From Candidatus Mediterraneibacter avicola (lineage in GTDB: Bacteria; Bacillota; Clostridia; Lachnospirales; Lachnospiraceae), in assembly GCA_019115385.1 (NCBI GenBank), contig DXDR01000097.1:18694-82693 (forward strand): a DNA stretch of 64,000 nt, given 5' to 3'. Position 1 is the stretch's first letter; every line of letters begins with the position of its first letter. The position numbers and the translations under genes were made by a program. Below are positions 48,308-58,673 of this stretch, in pieces. Below the pieces are notes generated by a model. It was not told the origin of the DNA. It saw nothing but the letters and a program-made list of their open reading frames with translations, and did not search any database.

Positions 48308-48400
48308 AGGTTCATCCAACGGGCTGTAACCCCCCCTGTTTTCTGGATTCATCCAATCAGCAGTCCCTCCCGGCGTCCCTTCTTACACAAAAATCCGAAG

Positions 48401-48709
48401 TTATTTTATCAAATCCACCAGAGCGCTTTTTGGCACTGCCCCGATCTGTTTTCCCTTGATTTCTCCTCCACTGAATGAGATGAATGTGGGAATGCTCATT
48501 ACGCCGTACCTCTGCGCCAGGTCCATTTCTTCATCAATATTGATCTTGCATACCTTAACATCGGACATCTCGGCCGCAACTTCTTCAACAACCGGGCCCA
48601 TCATCTTACAGGGGCCGCACCAGTCTGCGTAAAAATCAATGAGAACCGGTTTGTCAGACTGCATTACCTCCTGGTCAAAATTATCCTTTGTCAATTTAAT
48701 AACTGCCAT
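48401..48709 (-). CDS. trxA: Thioredoxin
   Basis: DFYADWCGPCKM, SIPT, 102 aa. Confidence 0.96.
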   Translation of the reverse strand: MAVIKLTKDNFDQEVMQSDKPVLIDFYADWCGPCKMMGPVVEEVAAEMSDVKVCKINIDEEMDLAQRYGVMSIPTFISFSGGEIKGKQIGAVPKSALVDLIK

Positions 48710-48857
48710 AATTGATATCCTCCTTTAAACATCTGTGCATTTTCAGTAAAATTATTTCCCTTGGGGATGTTTTTAGTATACCACATATTATAATCTTTTC
48801 TGTGATAAAATCACAGACAGATCGGCAAAATTTTAAAGATGCTGCTGAAATGGATGC

Positions 48858-48886
48858 TTGTCCGATTATTTTGCGGATAGTATAAT
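48858..48886 (+). promoter_or_regulatory. sigma-A promoter of addBA
   Basis: TTGTCC-17-TATAAT. Confidence 0.65.
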
Positions 48887-48920
48887 GTATCGTGAAAGAT
48901 CAGGAGACAGGAGGACGAAG

Positions 48921-51900
48921 ATGTCTTTACAGTTTGTTTTCGGGAATTCCGGCAGCGGAAAATCCTATTATCTGTATCATTATATTGTGGAAGAGGCTGT
49001 CCGGCATCCAGAGACAAATTATCTTGTGCTCGTACCGGAACAGTTTACCATGCAGACCCAGAAAGACCTGTGTGCGGCTCATCCGCGAGGGGGCATTATG
49101 AATGTGGATGTCTTAAGTTTTGGACGGCTGGCTCATCGGGTGTTTGAAGAACTGGGGGAAGACAACCGGCAGGTGCTCGACGACGAAGGAAAGAATCTGG
49201 TGCTGCGAAGGATTGCCGGAGACTGCGAGGAGGAACTTACGGTCCTGAAGGGAAATCTGAAGAAGCAGGGCTATATCAGCGAAGTGAAATCCGTGATCTC
49301 GGAGTTCACGCAGTATGGCGTGGATTTTGAGCGCCTGGACGGATTTATGGATTCGCTGAACCGGGACAGCTATCTGTATTATAAACTGAAAGATATCAGG
49401 AAAGTTTATGAAGGATTTGAAGAATATCTGAGTGAGAAGTACATTACAAAGGAGGAGATGCTGGACGTGCTCAGCGATGCGGTACCCTCCTCGGAAATCT
49501 TAAAAGGGAGCGTTGTGGCTCTGGACGGATTTACCGGGTTTACGCCGGTACAGAACCGTCTGATGGGAGAGCTCCTGAAGGTGTGCGGGAAAGTAATGAT
49601 CACTGTGGAGATGGACGGGAGAGAAGATCCTTTTGTCTTCCGGCATCCGTATCAGATGTTTGCCCTGAGTAAGGAGATGACAGCATCCCTTGTGAAGACC
49701 GCGCGGGAAGCGGGGGCAGAGATAGAGGAACCGGTGTATCTGTATGGCAAACCGGTGCGCCGTTTCCGGGATAATCCGGGAATGGCATTTCTGGAGTCGG
49801 AGCTGTTCCGGTATTCGGGGAAAACATTTGACAGGCCCCAGGAGGCTGTTACGCTCCATGAAGCGGGGAATCCCAGGGGAGAGGCCGAGTACGTGGCAGA
49901 GAGCATCCGGCGCCTGGTGAGAGAAAAAGGAATGAGATACAGGGAAATTGCAGTGATCGCCGCGGACATGGACACATATGCGGACGTCCTGGAAAAGGCC
50001 TGCGGTTTGTTTGACATTCCTGTTTTTATGGATCATAAAAAGAGCATCCTGCTCAACGCATTTGTAGAGTATATGCGCAGTCTTCTGGCGATGGCTGAGC
50101 AGAACTTCACCTATGAGAGTGTATTCCGCCATCTCAGGACCGGGCTGTGCGGATTTACGGATGATGAGGTGGACCGTATGGAGAATTACTGCCTGGCGCT
50201 TGGCATCCGGGGATACAGAAAATGGCAGCAGGCCTGGGTGCGGCGATCGGACGGCATGGATGAGGAGGAACTGGCGCGGCTTAACCATCTGCGGGTGCAG
50301 TTTGTAGAAAAGACGACGGGTCTGATGTACATTTTAAAGCAGAGAAAAAAGACCGTGCGGGATGTGACTCTGGCGGTTTATGACTATCTGGTGCAGGAAA
50401 AACTCCAGGAGAAACTAAAACAGATGGAACTGGATTTCCAGGACAGGGGAGAGTTGGCTCTGGCAAAAGAGTATGCTCAGATCTACCGGATCGTGGTGGA
50501 ACTGTTCGACAAATTTGTGGAACTGCTGGGCGATGAGCAGATCAGCCTGAAGGAGTATTGCGACCTTCTGGATGCAGGGCTGGAAGAGGCGAAAGTGGGA
50601 GTGATCCCGCCCAGTCTTGATCAGCTTGTGATCGGGGATGTAGAGCGTACCAGGATCAAAAATATCAGAGCGCTTTTCTTTGTGGGAGCGAATGACACCC
50701 TGCTCCCGGGAAATGCGGGGAGCACAGGGCTTCTGTCAGAGCGGGACAGAGATCAGTTCCGGGCGGAGAAGATCGCCCTGTCTCCCGGAGCGAAAGAACA
50801 GATTTATATTCAGAAGTTTTATCTGTATCTGAACCTTACGAAACCCTCAGAATATCTTTTTGTATCCTGGTCCCGGGTATCCGGGGAGGGCAAGTCCATA
50901 AGGCCGGCTTATCTGGTCCAGGATATCCGCAGGCTGTTTCCGGGGATTTCCGTGCAGGACGAAGGGAAAAAGGCCATGCCGGAGCATGAAATGACAAAAC
51001 GTTCCGGGGTACGGTGGCTTGCCGACGGCGTCAGAGACAGGCGGGCGGGCGTGAGCAGAGAGTGGAAAGAACTGTACACATGGTACGCCCGGAGAAGTGG
51101 GAGAGGCAAAGCCGCAGATGCTGAATGTGCGAGGGAACTGGAACAGATCATCAATGCAGGATTTTTGGAAAATAGGAAAGAAACTCTGGAACCTGAGACA
51201 GCAGAGAAGCTTTATCCCGAGCCGGACCGGATCGGCGTGACCAGGCTGGAGCAGTTTGCCTCCTGTGCCTGCGCCCATTTTCTCCGGTACGGGCTGAAAC
51301 TTTCAGACCGGGAGGAGTACAGTTTTGAGGCGCTGGATCTGGGGAATATCGCTCATCAGGCGCTGGAGCGTTTTTCGCGAAAGGCCGACCAGGAGGGCAT
51401 TTCCTGGGTGGAGATGCCGGAAGAAAAACGGGATCGTCTGATCGGGGAAAGCGTAGAGGAAAGTATTGCAGATTACGGGAATACCGTGCTGTACAGCTCC
51501 GCGCGCAACGAATACATGATACGGCGCATCAAACGGCTGATCGGACGGTCTGTATGGGCGCTGACCAGACAGCTGGAAAAAGGGGATTTTGTGCCAAGCG
51601 GCTATGAGATGAAGTTTGGAAGCGGAAAGATCGACCGGGTCGATATTTGTGAAGAGGAAAACAGGATATATGTGAAAGTGACAGACTATAAAACCGGAAT
51701 GAAAGCATTTGACATTACAGCATTTTATCATGGACTGCAGATTCAGCTTCCGGTTTATCTGAATGCGGCTTTGGCGATTGAAGAAAAAAAGCATCCTGGA
51801 AGAGAAATCTGCCCGGCGGGTATTTTTTATTACCGGATCCAGGATCCTTTTGTGCCCCGGGAGGAGACCGGGGAGGCTGTGGAGCGGAGTATCCTGAAGG

Positions 51901-52373
51901 AACTTCGGCTGGACGGACTTGTAAATGGAGATGAAGATGTGGTGGAGCATCTGGAACACGGTCTGGCAGGAACTTCTGTCCTTTATCCTGTGGGGAGAAA
52001 TAAGGACGGTTCCCTCAGCAGGGCTTCCCGTGTTCTGGGCTCTGAAGATTTTCAGACGATGCTTGCTTACACGAAGGTTATGGAGGCAGAGCTGAAGGAG
52101 AAGATGTACGGAGGAGAAGTGCAGGCGGAACCATACGAATTAAATGGCGCTACCGGGTGCGACTACTGCGGCTGCCGGGATATCTGCGGGTTCGATCCGC
52201 GGATCGCCGGCTGCCGTTACAGGCAGCTTGAGAAATATTCTCTGGAAGAAGCAGTGGAAAAGATGCGTTTTAAGACAGGGACTTCCGGTGAAGGCCAAAG
52301 TGCCGGTGAAAAAGGAGAGGGGGTGACAGAAAGTGAGCACAGCATGGACAGTGGAACAAAAGAAAGTAATTGA
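48921..52373 (+). CDS. addB: ATP-dependent helicase/nuclease subunit B
   Basis: GNSGSGKS, LVPEQFT, C-terminal RecB-like nuclease (GKIDRVD...DYKTG) with Fe-S cysteines CAC...CDYCGCRDIC. Confidence 0.95.
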   Translation: MSLQFVFGNSGSGKSYYLYHYIVEEAVRHPETNYLVLVPEQFTMQTQKDLCAAHPRGGIMNVDVLSFGRLAHRVFEELGEDNRQVLDDEGKNLVLRRIAGDCEEELTVLKGNLKKQGYISEVKSVISEFTQYGVDFERLDGFMDSLNRDSYLYYKLKDIRKVYEGFEEYLSEKYITKEEMLDVLSDAVPSSEILKGSVVALDGFTGFTPVQNRLMGELLKVCGKVMITVEMDGREDPFVFRHPYQMFALSKEMTASLVKTAREAGAEIEEPVYLYGKPVRRFRDNPGMAFLESELFRYSGKTFDRPQEAVTLHEAGNPRGEAEYVAESIRRLVREKGMRYREIAVIAADMDTYADVLEKACGLFDIPVFMDHKKSILLNAFVEYMRSLLAMAEQNFTYESVFRHLRTGLCGFTDDEVDRMENYCLALGIRGYRKWQQAWVRRSDGMDEEELARLNHLRVQFVEKTTGLMYILKQRKKTVRDVTLAVYDYLVQEKLQEKLKQMELDFQDRGELALAKEYAQIYRIVVELFDKFVELLGDEQISLKEYCDLLDAGLEEAKVGVIPPSLDQLVIGDVERTRIKNIRALFFVGANDTLLPGNAGSTGLLSERDRDQFRAEKIALSPGAKEQIYIQKFYLYLNLTKPSEYLFVSWSRVSGEGKSIRPAYLVQDIRRLFPGISVQDEGKKAMPEHEMTKRSGVRWLADGVRDRRAGVSREWKELYTWYARRSGRGKAADAECARELEQIINAGFLENRKETLEPETAEKLYPEPDRIGVTRLEQFASCACAHFLRYGLKLSDREEYSFEALDLGNIAHQALERFSRKADQEGISWVEMPEEKRDRLIGESVEESIADYGNTVLYSSARNEYMIRRIKRLIGRSVWALTRQLEKGDFVPSGYEMKFGSGKIDRVDICEEENRIYVKVTDYKTGMKAFDITAFYHGLQIQLPVYLNAALAIEEKKHPGREICPAGIFYYRIQDPFVPREETGEAVERSILKELRLDGLVNGDEDVVEHLEHGLAGTSVLYPVGRNKDGSLSRASRVLGSEDFQTMLAYTKVMEAELKEKMYGGEVQAEPYELNGATGCDYCGCRDICGFDPRIAGCRYRQLEKYSLEEAVEKMRFKTGTSGEGQSAGEKGEGVTESEHSMDSGTKESN

Positions 52374-55300
52374 CCTGCGGAACCGGAACATCCTGGTATC
52401 TGCAGCGGCAGGCTCGGGGAAAACAGCAGTGCTGGTGGAGCGCATTATCCGCAGGATAACGGATGAAACCTCTCCTGTGGATGTGGACCGGATGCTGATC
52501 GTGACCTTTACTGAGGCGGCGGCTTCGGAGATGAAGGAGAGGATTGGAGCCGCGATAGAAAAGCAGCTGGAGAAACGCCCGGGTGACGCCCGTCTGGAGC
52601 AGCAGGCGGCTTTGATCCATACTGCGCCGATTACCACGATACACAGTTTCTGCCTTTCTGTCATTCGGGAACATTTCCATGTGATCGGTATAGATCCGGG
52701 ATTCCGCATTGTGGAAGAGGGAGAACTGAAGCTGCTGAAGCAGGACGTGCTGGATGAACTGCTGGAAGAAAAGTATGAAGAAGCAGAAGAAAGCTTTTTT
52801 GCATTTGTAGAGCGGTTTGGCGGCAGCAGGAGTGACAGGAAGATTGAAGAACTGATTTTGAAGCTTTATGAGTTCTCCCGCAGTTATCCCCAGCCTGACC
52901 GGTGGCTGGATTCATGCGTATCAGCATATGATGGAAAAGACATCTTATCATCAGAGTTTGTGCGCCGGGCGGAGCAGAGAGTAAAGAACCGGGCGGAAGA
53001 TATCAGAGGCATCCTGAGCCGGGCCCTGCGCATCTGTGAAGAACCCGACGGGCCGTATATGTATGCCGATATGATCGGATCGGATCTGGAAGGGGTGGAA
53101 AAAATCATCGCTGCAAAAGGATTTGAGCCGATGTACGGGGCGGTGTGCGGACTTGCCTGGAAGAGGCTTTCCGGAAAGAAGGACGAGTCTGTATCCCCTG
53201 AGAAAAAGGAAATAGTAAAAGGAATGAGGGAGCAGGCAAAAAAATTGATAAAAAATATGCAGTCGGCATATTTTTACGCTCCCTGGCAGACTTGGGCTTT
53301 GGATATGGAGAACTGCCGCGGCTCTATGGAGACGCTTGCCGGTCTGGTAAAACAGTTTTCCCGGATGCTGGACGAGAAGAAGAGAAGCCGTAATATGATC
53401 GACTTTAACGATATGGAGCAGTTTGCCCTCAGGATCCTCACAGAGGAGAAGGAAGGGCGCCTTGTGCCTTCGCCTGTGGCAGAAGAATATCAGGAGCGGT
53501 TTGAGGAAGTAATGATCGACGAGTACCAGGACAGCAATCTGGTTCAGGAGACGATCCTGACCAGTGTGTCCGGGATGGAGAAGGGGCGGAATAATATTTT
53601 TATGGTAGGCGATGTGAAACAGAGCATCTATCGGTTCCGCCTTTCCAGGCCGGAGCTGTTCATGGAGAAATATGATACCTACACCCAGGAGGACAGCGCA
53701 TGCCAGAGAGTGGATCTTCACAGGAATTTCCGGAGCCGCCCGGAGGTGCTGGACAGTGTAAATTTCCTGTTTTTCCAGTTGATGCAGCGCCAGTTCGGAG
53801 GGATTGAATATGATGATAACGCGGCGCTTTATCCGGGAGCAGATTTTCCGGTACTGCCGGAGGAGGCAAGAAATATTTTTTCGGACCGGACGGAACTTTT
53901 GCTGATGGATAAAGAAGAAGCGGGACTGCGGGGGGCGGACGGCGCCGGGGATGTGAAAAAGGCGGAGGCCCGGATGGCTGCCCGGCGGATAAAAGAACTG
54001 ATGGACACGGCGGGCGTGTACGACCGCGCAGCCGGTGTATACAGAAAGGTGCAGTACCGGGACATCGTGATCCTTACCCGGAGCATAAAGGGGTGGGCGG
54101 AAAGCTTTACATCTGTGCTGGCAGAGGAGGGGATCCCGGCCTATTCTGTGAGCAGGGAAGGGTATTTTGAAACGTATGAGGTAAGCGTACTGCTTGATTA
54201 TCTCAGGCTCCTGGACAACGCCCGGCAGGATCTCCCGCTGGCAGCTGTGCTGACCTCCCCTTTTGGCGGGCTGGATGCCAGGGATCTGGCCAGGATCAGG
54301 CTGGCGTTTCCAAATCTTCCATTCTACGACGCGGCGGCGCGGTATGCAGAAGAGGAGATTACGGAGGGGGATGAGAAAGAACGGGAAAAGCTGGCGTTGT
54401 TTTATGGGCAGCTGGCGTATTTCCGGCGAAAGGTGCCTTATACGCCGATACATGAACTGCTGGATGAGATTATTGGACAGACCGGATACGGCGCATATAT
54501 CAGCGCTATGCCGGGGGGCGCACAGAGGAAGGCGAATGTGGAAATGCTTTCAGAAAAGGCGGCGGCCTTTGAGGGAACGAGTTACAAGGGGCTGTTTAAT
54601 TTTATCCGCTATATTGAACAGCTCAGGAAGTATGATGTGGACTACGGCGAGGCAGGGATCCTGGATGAACAGGCCGATACGGTGCGGATCATGAGCATCC
54701 ATAAAAGCAAAGGTCTGGAGTTCCCTATCGTGATCGCAGCCGGTATGGGAAAACAGTTCAACATGCAGGACGTGCGAGGGAGTGTGATCCTCCACCCGGA
54801 ACTGGGAGCCGGGCTGGATGTGATCGATCTGGAGCAGAGGACAAAAGCGCCGGCATTTCTTAAGAAAATGATTCAGGAAGAGGCGGCCCTGGAAACGCTG
54901 GCGGAGGAGATGCGTGTGCTCTATGTTGCCATGACGAGGGCAAAAGAAAAACTGATCCTGACAGGTGTCTGTGAACTCCCGGATACGGTGCAGACAGAAG
55001 CGCTGCTGCAGAATGACTGTCTGAATCCCGGAACAGGGACGGAGGGAATGAGGCCAGATCGGATTGAGCTGTACCGCCTGGAGGGAGCCAGGACCTATCT
55101 GGACTGGATCCTGCCCGCTGTATTTTCCGGGGAAGACGGAAAAATCAGGCAGAACTGTCCGGTGGATGTGCGTATTGTTACGGCGGATGAACTTCGGGAA
55201 GAGAGAGCGGCGGAAAGGACCGCGGATATTCTTGCCCGGGATGCGCTGGAAAACTGGGACTGTTCCAGGCGTCATGCGCCGGAGTATGCGGACCGGCTGA

Positions 55301-55989
55301 AAAAACAGATGGAGTACCGGTATCCATGGACGGCAGAGGGGCAGATGAAGCTGAAATTTACGGTTTCTGAGCTGAAAAAAAGAACAGCGCTCAGGGAAGA
55401 GGCCGGAGAGGAAATGTACCGGGAACCGGATGTGGTTCCGTTGATTCCCCGTTTTCTGGCGGAGGAAGAGGCGCTGACCGGTGCATCCAGGGGAAGCGCA
55501 TACCACAAATTGCTGGAACTGCTTGATTTCACCGGTACATACGACGCGGAAAAACTAAGACTGACTGTGCAGGAGTATGCAGACGCAGGAAAGCTGACAG
55601 CAGAGATGGCAGGCTGCATCCGTCCGCAGGATATCCTTCATTTCCTGGAATGTGAAAGCGGGCAGCGTATGGCAGCGGCTGCCCGGCTAAAAAAACTGTT
55701 TCGGGAACAGCCCTTTGTTCTTAGTGTGCCGTCCGAAGAGATCTACCCGGACGACCGGTCGGGAGAGACCATACTGGTACAGGGGATCATCGACGTGTAT
55801 TTCGAAGAGACGGACGGGCTGGTGGTGCTGGACTACAAGACGGACAAAGTCAGAACGGCTGAGGAGCTGAAGGAAAAGTATCACGCGCAGCTGGACTATT
55901 ATGCACAGGCGCTGGAACAGCTTACGGAGAAACCGGTGAAGGAGAAGATCATTTATTCATTTACTCTGGGAGAGGAGATCATGGTATGA
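52333..55989 (+). CDS. addA: ATP-dependent helicase/nuclease subunit A
   Basis: SAAAGSGKT, IDEYQD, VGDVKQSIYRFR, SIHKSKGLEF, YVAMTRAKE, QGIID...LDYKTD. Confidence 0.97.
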   Translation: MSTAWTVEQKKVIDLRNRNILVSAAAGSGKTAVLVERIIRRITDETSPVDVDRMLIVTFTEAAASEMKERIGAAIEKQLEKRPGDARLEQQAALIHTAPITTIHSFCLSVIREHFHVIGIDPGFRIVEEGELKLLKQDVLDELLEEKYEEAEESFFAFVERFGGSRSDRKIEELILKLYEFSRSYPQPDRWLDSCVSAYDGKDILSSEFVRRAEQRVKNRAEDIRGILSRALRICEEPDGPYMYADMIGSDLEGVEKIIAAKGFEPMYGAVCGLAWKRLSGKKDESVSPEKKEIVKGMREQAKKLIKNMQSAYFYAPWQTWALDMENCRGSMETLAGLVKQFSRMLDEKKRSRNMIDFNDMEQFALRILTEEKEGRLVPSPVAEEYQERFEEVMIDEYQDSNLVQETILTSVSGMEKGRNNIFMVGDVKQSIYRFRLSRPELFMEKYDTYTQEDSACQRVDLHRNFRSRPEVLDSVNFLFFQLMQRQFGGIEYDDNAALYPGADFPVLPEEARNIFSDRTELLLMDKEEAGLRGADGAGDVKKAEARMAARRIKELMDTAGVYDRAAGVYRKVQYRDIVILTRSIKGWAESFTSVLAEEGIPAYSVSREGYFETYEVSVLLDYLRLLDNARQDLPLAAVLTSPFGGLDARDLARIRLAFPNLPFYDAAARYAEEEITEGDEKEREKLALFYGQLAYFRRKVPYTPIHELLDEIIGQTGYGAYISAMPGGAQRKANVEMLSEKAAAFEGTSYKGLFNFIRYIEQLRKYDVDYGEAGILDEQADTVRIMSIHKSKGLEFPIVIAAGMGKQFNMQDVRGSVILHPELGAGLDVIDLEQRTKAPAFLKKMIQEEAALETLAEEMRVLYVAMTRAKEKLILTGVCELPDTVQTEALLQNDCLNPGTGTEGMRPDRIELYRLEGARTYLDWILPAVFSGEDGKIRQNCPVDVRIVTADELREERAAERTADILARDALENWDCSRRHAPEYADRLKKQMEYRYPWTAEGQMKLKFTVSELKKRTALREEAGEEMYREPDVVPLIPRFLAEEEALTGASRGSAYHKLLELLDFTGTYDAEKLRLTVQEYADAGKLTAEMAGCIRPQDILHFLECESGQRMAAAARLKKLFREQPFVLSVPSEEIYPDDRSGETILVQGIIDVYFEETDGLVVLDYKTDKVRTAEELKEKYHAQLDYYAQALEQLTEKPVKEKIIYSFTLGEEIMV

Positions 55990-56261
55990 GATTTCTTGGA
56001 TATTATCTGACGGCAATTAATCTGGTCACATGGATCGCATATGGGCTGGACAAAGGGAGAGCAAAATCAGGGAAGTGGCGCATCCCGGAACGGACTCTGC
56101 TGCTTCTGTCGCTGGCCGGCGGCTCCCTGGGAGCACTGGCTGCTATGCTCATGTTCCGGCATAAGACAAGAAAAGCAAAATTTGTGGTCGGTGTGCCCGT
56201 GATGTTTGTAGCGCACTGCATCATAGTAGTATTTGCGGCGGTAAAGCTGCTGCAGAGATAA
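55986..56261 (+). CDS. DUF1294-family membrane protein
   Basis: YGLDK.RA...WRIPE..L...GGSLGA..AM..FRHKT.K.KF. Confidence 0.9.
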   Translation: MRFLGYYLTAINLVTWIAYGLDKGRAKSGKWRIPERTLLLLSLAGGSLGALAAMLMFRHKTRKAKFVVGVPVMFVAHCIIVVFAAVKLLQR

Positions 56262-56279
56262 AGTCAGGGAGGATAGGAT

Positions 56280-57191
56280 ATGTTTTGTGAAAATTGTGGA
56301 AATCAGTTAAACGAAGAGGACCGCTTCTGCCAGAAGTGCGGAGCAAGAGTGCCGGAACAGGGAGAACTCCCGGTTTACAGTAACAGCGGCGGAACGGAAA
56401 GACAGCGGCCGGGAAATTCAGGCGGCAGAGGGAAAGTGATCGCTGCAGTGTCGGTCGCCGCAGTGCTTCTGATCGCGGCTGCTGCAGCTGTTTTTCTGTT
56501 TGTGCTTCCCGGCGGGCAGGAGAAAGAAACGTCAGAAAAGACTGCGGAGGAAGAGGTGCAGAAAGAGGACGACAGCAGCCGGGATGACGTTTTGGAAGCA
56601 GAGGAGGATCCGGGTATGCAGATCGGGGAAGGCGCAGAAAGCAGCCGGGAAGGACAGACGGCCGACGGAGGCGGCAGTACAGATGCGGTACGGCAGTATC
56701 GGGGGACGCCAACCGGACTTTTCAAGGATGGAGAAGAGGTTTATATGATGGATTTTGATATTTCGGCTTCCTCAGTGCTTGTGATGCAGGGATACAATTA
56801 TGAAGTAAATAATCTGACCGATCTGGATACGTCTACCTGCTGGTCGGAAGGAGCGCCGGGGGACGGGACAAACGAGACTCTGCTGTATACCGGCGAGACA
56901 GAAGAGCCGGTAAGCGGACTGGCCATACTGCCCGGATATACAAAAAGTAAAGACCTGTACGACAAGAACTGCGCGCCGGCCATGATCCGGGTCGAGTGCG
57001 GCGGCCGGACTTTTAATTATAGTTTTTCCCGCAGTGATGTATCTTTTGACGGAGGAAATATGCTGGACAATATGATTTACATCGATTTCGGCGAAACAAT
57101 CCTTGCAGATGAATGCAAAGTGACCATAACAGACGTGAGCGGGGGCAGCATGGAGGACTGCTGCATCAGCGAGATGTTTCTGTACAGCTGA
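56280..57191 (+). CDS. Zinc-ribbon, single-TM protein with an extracellular discoidin/NADase-type glycan-binding-like domain
   Basis: MFCENCG...FCQKCG; TM VIAAVSVAAVLLIAAAAAVFLFVL; SASS...Y...NL.D....CWSEG..GDG..E motif. Confidence 0.7.
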   Translation: MFCENCGNQLNEEDRFCQKCGARVPEQGELPVYSNSGGTERQRPGNSGGRGKVIAAVSVAAVLLIAAAAAVFLFVLPGGQEKETSEKTAEEEVQKEDDSSRDDVLEAEEDPGMQIGEGAESSREGQTADGGGSTDAVRQYRGTPTGLFKDGEEVYMMDFDISASSVLVMQGYNYEVNNLTDLDTSTCWSEGAPGDGTNETLLYTGETEEPVSGLAILPGYTKSKDLYDKNCAPAMIRVECGGRTFNYSFSRSDVSFDGGNMLDNMIYIDFGETILADECKVTITDVSGGSMEDCCISEMFLYS

Positions 57192-57290
57192 TCCATTTCG
57201 CCGGGGCGCAGACTGTTGATGTTTTTTCCGGGAATTTAGTTTAGACGCTTTAAAAAATGACGGTTTTCTGTTAATATAAATACTACAGAC

Positions 57291-57359
57291 AAAAAAGCGG
57301 GCCGGCGGAGCCCTGTCTTGCTGCAATGGGGCGGCATGGCAGAGCCCACCCGCTTTTTT
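57291..57359. terminator. Terminator-like hairpin upstream of dapL
   Basis: AAAAAAGCGGG ... CCCGCTTTTTT with a GC-rich 47-nt interior. Confidence 0.6.
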
Positions 57360-57414
57360 CTGGTGTATAAAACAGCGTTGCATCGTGCAGCGTTATGCAG
57401 AAAGGAAGATAAAA

Positions 57415-58617
57415 ATGCCAAAATTAAATGAAAATTATCTGAATGTACAGGACAGCTATCTGTTTGCAGAGATTGCCCGCAGAGTAAAAGCATACGAGGA
57501 GAGCCATCCTGAAAAAGCCGGGGATATCATTCGGCTGGGAATTGGAGACGTGACGCGTCCGCTGACCAAAAGCGCCGTCGAGGGGCTTCATAAAGCAGTG
57601 GATGAGCAGGCGGTTCCAGAAACATTTCGAGGGTACGGGCCGGAGCAGGGATATGCCTTTGTCAGGGAAGCAGTTGCAGACTATTATAGGAGAAACGGGA
57701 TCAGTGTGGATCCGGAGGCGATATTTATTTCCGATGGAGCCAAGAGCGATACGGGAAATATCACAGAACTGTTTGCAAAAGATAATGTGATCCTTGTGCC
57801 GGATCCGGTCTATCCGGTTTATGTAGACACAAACACAATGGATGGAAAACAGATCGTGTATATGAACGGGACAGAGGAAAATAATTTTCTTCCCATGCCG
57901 GACGATTCCGTGAAAGCGGATGTGATTTATCTGTGCTCCCCGAACAACCCCACCGGAGCCTGCTACAACAAAGAACAGTTGAGAGCATGGGTGGACTACG
58001 CATTGAAAAATGAAGCGGTGATCTTATTTGATTCGGCCTATGAGGCTTTTATCTCTGAGCCGGAGCTGCCGCGCAGTATCTATGCAGTGGAAGGCGCGGA
58101 AAAATGTGCGATTGAATTCTGCTCCCTTTCCAAAACAGCAGGGTTTACAGGAACACGTTTCTCCTATACGGTCGTACCGAAACAACTGGTATATACCGCA
58201 TCCGATGGACGGCAGTTAAGCCTGCGCGATATGTGGAACAGAAGACAGTCCACAAAATTTAACGGAACTCCGTATATCATTCAATACGCGGCCGCACAGG
58301 TATTCACAGAGCAGGGAATGAAAGAGTGCATGGAAAATATTTCCTACTATATGGAAAACGCCAGGGTGATCGCAGAAACTCTCAGAAAAAAGAATATTCC
58401 GTTTACAGGAGGTGTGAATTCACCGTATATCTGGTTCAAATGCCCGAACGGTATGGAGTCATGGGAACTCTTTGACTACCTGCTGGAAAATATCCAGGTA
58501 GTCGGCACACCGGGTGCAGGGTTCGGCGTAAACGGGAAAAACCATTTCCGGCTGACATCATTCGGAACACACGAAAAAACAAAAGAAGCCATGGAAAGAT
58601 TTGATAAATTGTTCTAG
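57415..58617 (+). CDS. dapL: LL-diaminopimelate aminotransferase
   Basis: IRLGIGDVT, GYGPEQGY, ISDGAKSD, CSPNNPTG, SLSKTAGFTGTR, TPGAGFG. Confidence 0.96.
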   Translation: MPKLNENYLNVQDSYLFAEIARRVKAYEESHPEKAGDIIRLGIGDVTRPLTKSAVEGLHKAVDEQAVPETFRGYGPEQGYAFVREAVADYYRRNGISVDPEAIFISDGAKSDTGNITELFAKDNVILVPDPVYPVYVDTNTMDGKQIVYMNGTEENNFLPMPDDSVKADVIYLCSPNNPTGACYNKEQLRAWVDYALKNEAVILFDSAYEAFISEPELPRSIYAVEGAEKCAIEFCSLSKTAGFTGTRFSYTVVPKQLVYTASDGRQLSLRDMWNRRQSTKFNGTPYIIQYAAAQVFTEQGMKECMENISYYMENARVIAETLRKKNIPFTGGVNSPYIWFKCPNGMESWELFDYLLENIQVVGTPGAGFGVNGKNHFRLTSFGTHEKTKEAMERFDKLF

Positions 58618-58648
58618 AAAGTTTTGGGTGAATATTCTGACAACTTGT

Positions 58649-58673
58649 TCAAAAGGGGTCTGACCCCTTTTGA
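58649..58673. repeat. Intergenic palindrome, copy 4, flanked by 16-bp direct repeats
   Basis: TCAAAAGGGGTCTGACCCCTTTTGA; GGTGAATATTCTGACA at 58627-58642 and 58674-58689. Confidence 0.9.

Noticed and set aside
48152-48478. 108-aa ORF within the long palindrome
   Set aside because: No RBS, it overlaps trxA in antisense, and its sequence is a by-product of the inverted repeat
32886-58673. CRISPR array or PyrR attenuators for the GGGGTCwGACCCC repeats
   Set aside because: The copies are kilobases apart with no spacers or cas genes, do not match the PyrR binding-loop consensus, and one copy is unrelated to pyr genes
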